Positions 30,481 through 38,734 of a DNA stretch of 64,000 nucleotides are shown here, piece after piece (positions within the stretch are counted from its first letter, which is position 1; each line of letters opens with the position of its first letter). Origin of the DNA: an uncultured Methanomicrobiales archaeon (GTDB taxonomy: Archaea; Halobacteriota; Methanomicrobia; Methanomicrobiales; Methanospirillaceae); assembly GCA_963758915.1 (NCBI GenBank), contig CAVWXH010000010.1:1-64000 (forward strand), in the 5' to 3' direction. The notes beneath the pieces are model-generated. The model ran no database searches and was not told the DNA's origin. It worked only from the letters and a program-made list of their open reading frames with translations. A program made the position numbers and the translations under genes.

Positions 30481-30625
30481 TTGGGGTGTCAATACCGTGA
30501 TTAGTCGCCTTTCGATTCAAAGATAATTGAGAAAACCATTCAGCTGTTCAACTGAGGTTTCCTTTCCAGCAAAAAATAAAATAGTGTAAATGTGAATGAA
30601 CCGGGATCCCAGGGAAAAAAGGTTA

Positions 30626-30871
30626 TTACTTTTCTTCACGGACCATTGCAATAGACTTCTTAGGGCACTCATTGGCGCAAATACCGCATCCCTTACAGAA
30701 CCCGAGGTCAATTTCAAACTCCTTGTTAATTGCCTGGTCAGGGCAGTACATCTCGCAGAGCCCGCACTGGTTACATTTTTCCTTGTCCACGACAGGCCGG
30801 AATACCCGCCATGAACCTGTCTTACCGCACGCACCGACCACCGGTTTACTCACCGCAAGTCGTTGCCTCAT
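30626..30871 (-). CDS. porD: 2-oxoacid:ferredoxin oxidoreductase delta subunit
   Basis: 'TGSWR.FRP' and two CxxCxxCxxxCP motifs. Confidence 0.88.
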   Translation of the reverse strand: MRQRLAVSKPVVGACGKTGSWRVFRPVVDKEKCNQCGLCEMYCPDQAINKEFEIDLGFCKGCGICANECPKKSIAMVREEK

Positions 30872-31395
30872 AAGACCAGCTCCTGGTACGCCGCTTCTGC
30901 AGCTTTTACATTCCTGTCATCCGAAAACATTTCAGAGATCGCGAGCTTTGCGGATTCCTTGGATACAATCCCCATCTTTGCAAGGGCACCGATAACAGGG
31001 GTGTTTAGGATCGGACTCCCCGCTACTACCAGGTTTAACCGGAGTGCAATAGAGGTCAGGTCTACAGAAAGTGTCTTGAAACCTTTCATATCATGCGGCA
31101 GGGTACCGTTAAGGAGCACTTTTCCACCCGGCTTTAACCCGTGAAGGACATCGACGACGTCCATGATGCTGTTATCGAGGACGACAATGAGGTCCGGTTT
31201 TTTGATCTGGCTGTATACCCTGATCGGGCTCTCGTCAATTCTCACGAACGAGACCACAGGTGCCCCCCTCCGTTCTGCCCCGTAAAACGGGAAGGCAGTG
31301 GCGTACTTGTGGTCTCTGAACGCGGCAAGAGCGAGCAGCTTCGCAGCGGTGACACCGCCCTGTCCACCTCTCGAATGGATGCGTATTTCATACAT
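30868..31395 (-). CDS. porG: 2-oxoacid:ferredoxin oxidoreductase gamma subunit
   Basis: 'HSRGGQGGVTAA', 'YGAERRGAPV'. Confidence 0.9.
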   Translation of the reverse strand: MYEIRIHSRGGQGGVTAAKLLALAAFRDHKYATAFPFYGAERRGAPVVSFVRIDESPIRVYSQIKKPDLIVVLDNSIMDVVDVLHGLKPGGKVLLNGTLPHDMKGFKTLSVDLTSIALRLNLVVAGSPILNTPVIGALAKMGIVSKESAKLAISEMFSDDRNVKAAEAAYQELVL

Positions 31396-32500
31396 CTGGG
31401 GTCACCCCGAACCAGGACTCTTCCCCGGGACGCCTTCCCCGGATGAACCCTGCAATATCGTCATAGGTCACTTCCTGCCCGCCAAGCCCGGCGATTACGC
31501 TATACGGTTCAGCCCTGCACTTTGACCTGATCGCCTCAGCAAGGATTCCTCCATACCCGAAGGAATAGTCGCGGTCTATCACGACGACGTCCCGGCCCGC
31601 AAGGTCAAGCTTCGGGAATGGCCGTAACCAGCGGATACGCATTGACCCGGCTTTAATCCCCTCCTTCCTCAGCAGATCTATTGAGACTTCTGCTTCTTTT
31701 CCGAGTGTTCCCATCGATACGACGACCACATCGGCATCCTCGCACTGGTAATCGTCGGTGACTCCGTATGAACGTCCGAACCGCCGGAAAAATTCTTTCT
31801 CAGTGGACTCGATGACCTTAACCGAGTCACGCATCGAACGTTCGATATCCCAGCGGAACTTGAAATATTCTTCAGGTCCGGTCAGGGGGCCGTATCCCCG
31901 CGGGTTTTTCACATCGATTGCATGGGGGAGCCGTAATGGTGGTATAAAATCTCCTAACTCCACGGTCTCAAGCGACTGGTTGATATGGGAGAGTGAAAAA
32001 CCGTCAAGGTTGACCATCACGGGAAGGAGGACATCATTATGTTCTGCAATCCGGAATGCCATCAGGGTCGTGTCGTAGGCCTCCTGCACCGTGCTGACAT
32101 ACACCTGAAGCCATCCCGTATCGCGTTCCTGCATGGAATCGGTATGTTCTGCCCAGATGTTCCACCCTGGCCCGAGTGCACGGTTCACGTTTGCCATGAC
32201 AATCGGGAGGCGTCCGCCAGCCGCCCAGTTCACCATCTCGTGCATATAGAGGAGACCGTGTGAACTGGTGGCCGTAAACGTCCGTGCACCGGTAATACTT
32301 GCCCCGATACAGGCTGCCATCGCTGAATGCTCGCTCTCGACCGGGATATACTGGCTTTTCAGCTCACCATTCGTAACATATTCGGCGATCTGCTCGACAA
32401 TTTCAGTCTGGGGGGTGATCGGATAGGCCGCAATCACTTCCGGCGAGACCTGCTTTACTGCAGCCGCCACTGCCTTGTTTCCGGTTGCAATCGTCAGCAT
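31388..32500 (-). CDS. porA: 2-oxoacid:ferredoxin oxidoreductase alpha subunit
   Basis: 'AAYPITPQT', 'VESEHSA', 'TATSSHGL'. Confidence 0.92.
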   Translation of the reverse strand: MLTIATGNKAVAAAVKQVSPEVIAAYPITPQTEIVEQIAEYVTNGELKSQYIPVESEHSAMAACIGASITGARTFTATSSHGLLYMHEMVNWAAGGRLPIVMANVNRALGPGWNIWAEHTDSMQERDTGWLQVYVSTVQEAYDTTLMAFRIAEHNDVLLPVMVNLDGFSLSHINQSLETVELGDFIPPLRLPHAIDVKNPRGYGPLTGPEEYFKFRWDIERSMRDSVKVIESTEKEFFRRFGRSYGVTDDYQCEDADVVVVSMGTLGKEAEVSIDLLRKEGIKAGSMRIRWLRPFPKLDLAGRDVVVIDRDYSFGYGGILAEAIRSKCRAEPYSVIAGLGGQEVTYDDIAGFIRGRRPGEESWFGVTPDV

Positions 32501-33375
32501 ACTCCCTCCTCCTCTTGTGACAGTCGTTTGGCATTCCTTCTTGCGAGTGAGACCAGGGAATCGACTGCTTCCTTACTGATTCCCTTAAACCGTCCCTGAG
32601 GCCCGAGGTACTCCTCGACAGGCAGTGGTTTTATCATCGCGGCCTTGGATGGCCCGTTTATTGTGACCTTACCATACTCACGCTCAAAGAGTACCCACAT
32701 ACCCGTCTTCACGGCGAGTTTTCCCATCTCGACCGTCTGCTCGGTCGGGTAGCGCCAGCCGGGAGGACACGGTGCGAGGACATGGATAAACTTGGGGCCA
32801 CGGATTGTGAGGGCTTTTGTTACTTTTTTGAAGAGGTCGTGCGGGTATGCGCTGCAGGCGGTGGCCATGTACGGGGGGTCATGGGCTTGCACGATCCGAT
32901 CGATATCCTTTTTCGTGTCCGGTTTTCCACCCGGTGTGGTAGTTGTCCGTGCACCGGTGGGTGTTGCACCAGACCTCTGCATCCCGGTATTCCCGTATGC
33001 CTCGTTATCGTAACAGATATAGAGAAAATCTGTCCTGCGTTCAAAGGCACCGGATAACGCCTGGATACCGATATCAACAGTACCCCCGTCACCTGCATAG
33101 ACAATTACATTGGTGGATCTCTTTGCGGCACGGAACGCGGCACTCATTCCGGAGGCACATGCCGCAGCGGCAGCAAATGCCACGTTATAGACCGGGACAT
33201 TCATCGCAGTATTGGGATAAATACCCTGGATCACACTGGTACAGCATGCCGGCATTACAAGGACCGTATCGGGACCTGCTGCCTTGAGGACATACCGGAG
33301 CACCAGTGAAGAGCTGCACCCGGCGCAGGCCGAGGTACACTTGAAAAGATACTCCTCTTTTGGGATTTCCGTCAT
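32494..33375 (-). CDS. porB: 2-oxoacid:ferredoxin oxidoreductase beta subunit (TPP-binding)
   Basis: 'ACAGC', 'GDGGTVDIG', 'DNEAYGNTG', 'PCPPGW'. Confidence 0.92.
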   Translation of the reverse strand: MTEIPKEEYLFKCTSACAGCSSSLVLRYVLKAAGPDTVLVMPACCTSVIQGIYPNTAMNVPVYNVAFAAAAACASGMSAAFRAAKRSTNVIVYAGDGGTVDIGIQALSGAFERRTDFLYICYDNEAYGNTGMQRSGATPTGARTTTTPGGKPDTKKDIDRIVQAHDPPYMATACSAYPHDLFKKVTKALTIRGPKFIHVLAPCPPGWRYPTEQTVEMGKLAVKTGMWVLFEREYGKVTINGPSKAAMIKPLPVEEYLGPQGRFKGISKEAVDSLVSLARRNAKRLSQEEEGVC

Positions 33376-33442
33376 TAGATTCAGTATAATAGTTGTTGAT
33401 TATCCGGTATTAACCTATTAGTAGGAGAAAAAAGGATGTCTT

Positions 33443-33864
33443 GGCTCCGTAGAAATCCTACGCGGAATAAAAAATTAACAGGACTGCTCAGACAGGAGTG
33501 GGTTTCACCCCCTCCCTGTCCGACCCCCGTTAAGATACTCCTGGGCAGGGTTCAACTGGGGCATTCAAAGAAAATTTCAGAGAGTTGGAGATCATTCCTT
33601 ATCCCAACCGGGGTCGCCAAAGCGGTGGGGGTGAGCCACGGGAGCGTGACTAAATTTTGGAATAACCTAATCTTCAAAATAGATTGAGAGGGTTTCCCAC
33701 GAAAACAGGCATGATGCCCAAAGGCCACACGCATACAAAATGAAATTGCCAGTGGGGTTTTTCATTGGAAATGCCTGAACGACCAGCAATATGAAGAGAT
33801 TTTGAACGGGGCATTTTCATAACCCTGGTGTGAACTTCCCGTTCATGTGTGTTTCAACAAAGCC
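33443..33864. mobile_element. MITE-like element copy 3 (complete, 422 bp)
   Basis: TIRs GGCTCCGTAGAAAT ... GTTTCAACAAAGCC; TSD GATGTCTT / GATATCTT (7 of 8 match); same core as copy 1. Confidence 0.85.
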
Positions 33865-33878
33865 GATATCTTTGGAAC

Positions 33879-34412
33879 TCACGAATTGTATAATTCCACG
33901 GTATACCCTGCATCTTCAAGGACTGATTTAACTTTCATGTCCCACTGTCCGTCCTCTTCAATCCCGAGTAACCGTATACGGTCATTCCACAGCTTTTCGA
34001 GGTCGGGTTCCGTGGTTGAGAGGCTGCGCCTGCCTTTTATGGTCCCTGCAAGGTTATTTGCACCACGATATATCCGCATGCGGCAGCATTTGAACTCCCT
34101 GCATGATAATGGTCGGGTGTTGTATACGATACAGGAATATCCCTCTGGTGTCCTGACAAGGAAGTGGCACTGGTCATTTTCCTCCTGGTATCCCCCTTTT
34201 TCCCTGAATACTGGCAGGTAGGGGGACTCCACGCGGGCTATGAAAAGGTTTTTCGAGATTAAATCGCGGCAATGGAAGTCTCTGTCTCCAAGTTTGCGTT
34301 CAATCCGGATGTGCTTTCCCGATACCATGCAGCATTTTCCGCACCGGGTGCAGTCAAATTTCATCAGGTACCAATACACCTCATCAGGTATTGTATTCTT
34401 TCCCGGCAGCAT
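33879..34412 (-). CDS. YkgJ family cysteine cluster protein
   Basis: 'FDCTRCGKCC', 'CHFL', 'CIVYNTRPLSCREF'. Confidence 0.88.
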   Translation of the reverse strand: MLPGKNTIPDEVYWYLMKFDCTRCGKCCMVSGKHIRIERKLGDRDFHCRDLISKNLFIARVESPYLPVFREKGGYQEENDQCHFLVRTPEGYSCIVYNTRPLSCREFKCCRMRIYRGANNLAGTIKGRRSLSTTEPDLEKLWNDRIRLLGIEEDGQWDMKVKSVLEDAGYTVELYNS

Positions 34413-34474
34413 GCTGCCAGGCCTCCCATAACCCCTGTCCGGTACAACTGCAGGGCCTTTTACGGTTACAGTGT

Positions 34475-35296
34475 TTAAGGTTCAGAAAATATGCGACATA
34501 TCGTTGCCATAACCCTGTGGTGGCCCTGCCACTCCCTAATAGTCCGCCCTCTTCTCCCTTCCTGCGGTAACAGTGTGAACGGCATGTCGTACGCCACATC
34601 CCAGAGCACGAGCCCCTCCGGTGGTGCAGGGTGGATTCCACAGGAATAATCCCCGTTCAGTCTCTCCTCAATGCCTGCCAACTCACAGGTCCCCGTGCCA
34701 ACATCCCGCAATGCCGTTGCAATACAGCGCACCATGTGCCACAAAAAACTTTCCGCGGTGATCTCAAGATACAGGACACCGTCCTCTTTTCCAATTGATG
34801 CTGCGAGGACCTTCCGGTTGGGGTTTTTGTTGTCCACCCTTGCAAAACCCGAAAAGTCATGGACTCCCGGGAAGAGTGCCGCGGCGATCTTCATCCGTTG
34901 AACATCAAGCTCCTGCTCGCGGAAGAAATAGCGGTACGTCCGGTATTTTGCATCATAGCGGGGGTGAAATCCGGGCCGGGTGATTGAATATCCCGTACAC
35001 CAGCAGTCCGGGGGGAGCTGGTAATTCAGGGCCGCAACAGCGCGGTCAGGTATACCGGTCAGGAATGAAAAGACCTGGCCCGTTGCATGAACTCCCCTGT
35101 CGGTACGCCCCGATGCAGCAAAACGGGCCTCCCGCCAGTCTGGGAAGAGCCCGAGTCGGATGCATGCCGCGATGAATTCCCCTTCTACGGTCCGGAAGCC
35201 GGGCTGCATCTGCGACCCGGTGAAGTGGTCCCCACAATAGGCGACACGGAATGCCAGTTTTACTTGTGATAAACCCGGCGTTTCAGCTTCTTCCAT
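34475..35296 (-). CDS. truA: tRNA pseudouridine(38-40) synthase
   Basis: 'SGRTDRGVHA', 'HDFSGF', 'FLWHMVR', 'APPEGL'. Confidence 0.95.
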   Translation of the reverse strand: MEEAETPGLSQVKLAFRVAYCGDHFTGSQMQPGFRTVEGEFIAACIRLGLFPDWREARFAASGRTDRGVHATGQVFSFLTGIPDRAVAALNYQLPPDCWCTGYSITRPGFHPRYDAKYRTYRYFFREQELDVQRMKIAAALFPGVHDFSGFARVDNKNPNRKVLAASIGKEDGVLYLEITAESFLWHMVRCIATALRDVGTGTCELAGIEERLNGDYSCGIHPAPPEGLVLWDVAYDMPFTLLPQEGRRGRTIREWQGHHRVMATICRIFSEP

Positions 35297-35928
35297 GTGT
35301 TTCTCAGCGACTGGCGGGTATAGGTGCGGAGGGGGGTCATCCTTCCCGTGGCAACCGAGTCCCCGTTCCGGATTGCTTCGAGAATTGAGGTGATGCCGGG
35401 CTCTGCGTTGACAAGGGTCTTTCCATAACCCACGTACCGGGCATTGTGTGCATCACTTCCACCTACGCAGGGTTTCCCCAGTTTTTTTGCAAACTTCGCG
35501 GCCTTCCGGTTGGCAGCCCCCATAATATACCTGCTGTTGAAGACCTCTATGGCATCGACCGAGCTGAGGGCACTCCTGAAATGAAGTGCTACACCGTGCC
35601 GCAACATGTGAAACGGGTGAGGAAGAATGAGAAGTGCCCCCTGTTCATGTGCAATGGCGATCGTTTCAAGGACATCCAGCCCTTTTGGAAATTCTGTCAA
35701 TGTCCCGAGGGCGATGAGGTGGCCCTGTTTTGTTGAGATCTCGATCCCCGGAATAATGATGACCTTAGTGGGGATTGTAAGGGCCGCCCTTGCCCCCTCG
35801 ATGGTATCATGATCGGTGATTGCAATGGCATCAAGCCCGATTAATTCAGCACGACGTATGATATCTTCTATCCTACTTTCCCCATCCCGGGAATAGTTCG
35901 TATGAATATGGAGATCGCAGGTGAGCAT
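35260..35928 (-). CDS. PHP domain metal-dependent phosphoesterase
   Basis: 'DLHIHT', 'AITDHD', 'GGSDAH'. Confidence 0.9.
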   Translation of the reverse strand: MLTCDLHIHTNYSRDGESRIEDIIRRAELIGLDAIAITDHDTIEGARAALTIPTKVIIIPGIEISTKQGHLIALGTLTEFPKGLDVLETIAIAHEQGALLILPHPFHMLRHGVALHFRSALSSVDAIEVFNSRYIMGAANRKAAKFAKKLGKPCVGGSDAHNARYVGYGKTLVNAEPGITSILEAIRNGDSVATGRMTPLRTYTRQSLRNTWKKLKRRVYHK

Positions 35929-35971
35929 ATAACCATATCAATTTTTAATCTCCCTGATATTAAGGGAACTT

Positions 35972-37387
35972 ATGCGTATACTCCTCCCGACAGGTACAGC
36001 AACGTATGAGGCGGTACGAAAAGCAGCAGCCGGTCATGACGCTGAAGTGGTGGTGACCGGGGAAATTGCGTCGTTTTTAACCCCCGAAACACTCCGTCGC
36101 CTGATACAACAAGGCGACTATGATATCGTAATCGTCTCCGGCATGGTCACTGCCTCGTTCCAGCTGGTGGAGGAGGAGACCGGGATCCCGGTGTATCTCG
36201 GGCCCCGGCATGCCGCGGACCTTGGGAAGGTACTCTCCTCGCTGGATACCATGCCGCTTTCCAGGTCGGTCCCGGCAGATGAATTCCTAGCAGCCGTGAA
36301 GCGCGAAGAAGCCTGCCGGAAACTCGATGAGCTTGAACGGGGTGCTTCGTATGACTACCTTATCAGGGGGGTGCGGATCGGGGGGGCCTCAAGAATCAAA
36401 GTCCTTGCCGAAATCATGGATGCCCACCGGCATGAATACCTGGAAACTGTAGTCAGGGACGCATTCCGGTCGGGAGCTGACATCGTAGACCTGGGTTTCG
36501 GGTTTGATGCCACTCCCGCTGACGTTACCCGTTGTTTTGTCCAGGTAGCCGAAGTTCCCGGTCCCCTCGCAATTGATACGCAGGACCCGGCTCTGATTGC
36601 AGCCGGTCTTTTCCGGGCCGATCTTGTGCTCAGCCTTCATGATGGCAATATACCCGTTATCGGAAAAGCAGTTGCAGATGCAGGTGCTGCTGCAGTGGTT
36701 GTACCGTGCATGAAAACCCTTGAGGAGAACCTCTGTCTTGCAGAGGAGACCGGGATCTCCTGTATCATTGCCGACCCGCTGCTCCAGCCGGTGGGGTCCG
36801 GACTTGTCAGGTCTCTCACCACCTTTCCCGAACATTACCGCTACCCTCTCTTTTTCGGGGCTGGAAACGTGGTGGAATTACTGGATGCAGACAGCCCCGG
36901 TACGAATGCGCTCCTCGCCGGAATGGCAAAAGAGACCAGTGCATCAATAATTTTTGCGAGTGAACACAGCGACAAGACAAGAGGCTCATTCCGTGAGATG
37001 CGGACTGCTACAGAAATGATGGCCCTCGCTGCAGACCGGCCCTACCCGAAGGACCTTGGAATCGATCTCCTTATTCTGAAGGAAAAACGGAGGAGAAGGG
37101 AGCCCCCGCTGTCCTATCAATCATTGGACTGTACCATACAGGCAGAGGGGGAACTGCACTATGATCCGAAAGGTAACTTCAGGATTGGAGTTGAAGATGA
37201 CCAGATCGTCGCGGTGATCAATGGCCGGGCAGTAAAAGGACGTTCCTGGATTGACGTATTTCACAAAATTTCAAACAATGGCGATGTGTCACTGCTCGAC
37301 CATGCTGCGTACCTTGGGAAAGAACTCTACAAGGCAGAACTTGCTATCCGTTTCGGCCGGAGTTTTGAACAGGACGGGGATTTTTGA
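35972..37387 (+). CDS. Dihydropteroate synthase-like protein (archaeal) with C-terminal DUF4346-like domain
   Basis: 'GADIVDLG', 'NVVELLDADSPG', 'PKDLGIDLLILKEKR', 'DHAAYLGKELYKAE'. Confidence 0.85.
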   Translation: MRILLPTGTATYEAVRKAAAGHDAEVVVTGEIASFLTPETLRRLIQQGDYDIVIVSGMVTASFQLVEEETGIPVYLGPRHAADLGKVLSSLDTMPLSRSVPADEFLAAVKREEACRKLDELERGASYDYLIRGVRIGGASRIKVLAEIMDAHRHEYLETVVRDAFRSGADIVDLGFGFDATPADVTRCFVQVAEVPGPLAIDTQDPALIAAGLFRADLVLSLHDGNIPVIGKAVADAGAAAVVVPCMKTLEENLCLAEETGISCIIADPLLQPVGSGLVRSLTTFPEHYRYPLFFGAGNVVELLDADSPGTNALLAGMAKETSASIIFASEHSDKTRGSFREMRTATEMMALAADRPYPKDLGIDLLILKEKRRRREPPLSYQSLDCTIQAEGELHYDPKGNFRIGVEDDQIVAVINGRAVKGRSWIDVFHKISNNGDVSLLDHAAYLGKELYKAELAIRFGRSFEQDGDF

Positions 37388-37500
37388 CGCCGCAACTACA
37401 GTAAAAACTGTTACCGCGGTGAACGGTATGCGAAAAAAGTCTGATGTGGCCCCTGTTAGCCCCGTAACCTTTTTAGAACGCGTGCTCCTTTACTATACGT

Positions 37501-37782
37501 ATGGTGCGACAGGTGCATGCAGCACATATCCTGGTCAGGACAGAAGACCAGGCCCGGGACCTGCAAAAAAGACTGAACAACGGTGAGAGCTTTGACGAGC
37601 TGGCAAAAAAGTTTTCCACATGCCCTTCAGGGAAAAAATGCGGTGACCTTGGCTGGTTCGGGAAGGACATGATGGTCCCAGAATTTGAGAAAGCTGCGTT
37701 TGGAGGGAAAGCAGGTGACATCGTCGGTCCCGTTAAAACCCAGTTCGGGTATCATATGATAAAGATCCTCGGCCAGAAATAG
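37501..37782 (+). CDS. ppiC: Parvulin-type peptidyl-prolyl isomerase
   Basis: 'HAAHILV', 'GDLGWFG', 'KTQFGYH'. Confidence 0.93.
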   Translation: MVRQVHAAHILVRTEDQARDLQKRLNNGESFDELAKKFSTCPSGKKCGDLGWFGKDMMVPEFEKAAFGGKAGDIVGPVKTQFGYHMIKILGQK

Positions 37783-37854
37783 GCCTGGGATAAATATAAT
37801 CCCGTGAAATCTGAATATTTTTAACCCGAATCTAAAAAAGGACCTGATACCACA

Positions 37855-38226
37855 ATGAATATCCGGGGAGTAAGTCTTGAACTGCTGGACCTGATGTGCC
37901 AGATCGCTATAGAGAGCCATCCCAACGAATTCGTGGCAGTACTGCTTGAGAAAGATGGTATCATAGCCGAGCTGAATTTCCTTCCTGGCACGACGAGTGG
38001 TGAGAGCCATGCGAACCTTCACTATGACATGATGCCACTCGACCCGCACGTGGCCGGCAGCGCTCACAGCCACCCAAACGGGGCCCTCCAGCCTTCTGAT
38101 GCTGACCTGAGGTTTTTTCCGAGCATCGGGCGGTACCATTTCATAATTGGATCACCCTATACCCGGTCTGACTGGCGGTGCTACCATGCGGATGGTACTG
38201 CCACTCCCATGGAGGTTATCCCGTGA
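37855..38226 (+). CDS. JAMM/MPN+ metalloprotease
   Basis: 'HPNE', 'HSHPNG...PSDAD'. Confidence 0.9.
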   Translation: MNIRGVSLELLDLMCQIAIESHPNEFVAVLLEKDGIIAELNFLPGTTSGESHANLHYDMMPLDPHVAGSAHSHPNGALQPSDADLRFFPSIGRYHFIIGSPYTRSDWRCYHADGTATPMEVIP

Positions 38227-38657
38227 CCCGCGTCGTGGCAACCGGGACGTTCGACCTGTTACACCCTGGCCACATTTACTATCTCGAGGAATCAGGAAAA
38301 CTCGGGGATGAGCTCTTTGTCATCGTGGCCCGGGACGCAAATGTAAAGCATAAACCGAGGCCGGTCATCCCGGAAGAGCAGCGGAGGAGCATGGTCGCTG
38401 CCCTTCGTGCGGTTGACCATGCAGTCCTTGGTGATCCTGCCGATATGTTCCGGCCGATAAGGGAGATAAGGCCGGACGTGATAACGATAGGGTTCAACCA
38501 GCACTTTGATACGGAAGTACTGGTCCGCCAGCTTGCGGAACAATCTCTCGGTGCCCGTGTGGTCAGGATAAACAGGTGCCCGGATAGTGCTCTCTGCAGC
38601 TCCCGCCTGATTGTAAAAGAAATACTCGGGCGATCCGGCTGTGACCCTGATGCATAA
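38223..38657 (+). CDS. ribL: FAD synthase (FMN adenylyltransferase)
   Basis: 'ATGTFDLLHPGH', 'PDVITIGFNQ', 'SSRLI'. Confidence 0.88.
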   Translation: MTRVVATGTFDLLHPGHIYYLEESGKLGDELFVIVARDANVKHKPRPVIPEEQRRSMVAALRAVDHAVLGDPADMFRPIREIRPDVITIGFNQHFDTEVLVRQLAEQSLGARVVRINRCPDSALCSSRLIVKEILGRSGCDPDA

Positions 38658-38734
38658 CCTCTTTTAGTACAAAGCCTGTTTTCAAACATTCCCTGCCACT
38701 GGGGTCCCATAGAAGCGGGAAATCCTTTTTTCCT

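Noticed and set aside
30243-33864. Composite transposon carrying the por operon (the outer ends form a perfect 14-bp inverted pair)
   Set aside because: The outer flanks AAGAGAAG and GATATCTT do not match, and copy 3 has its own TSD, so these look like independent insertions.
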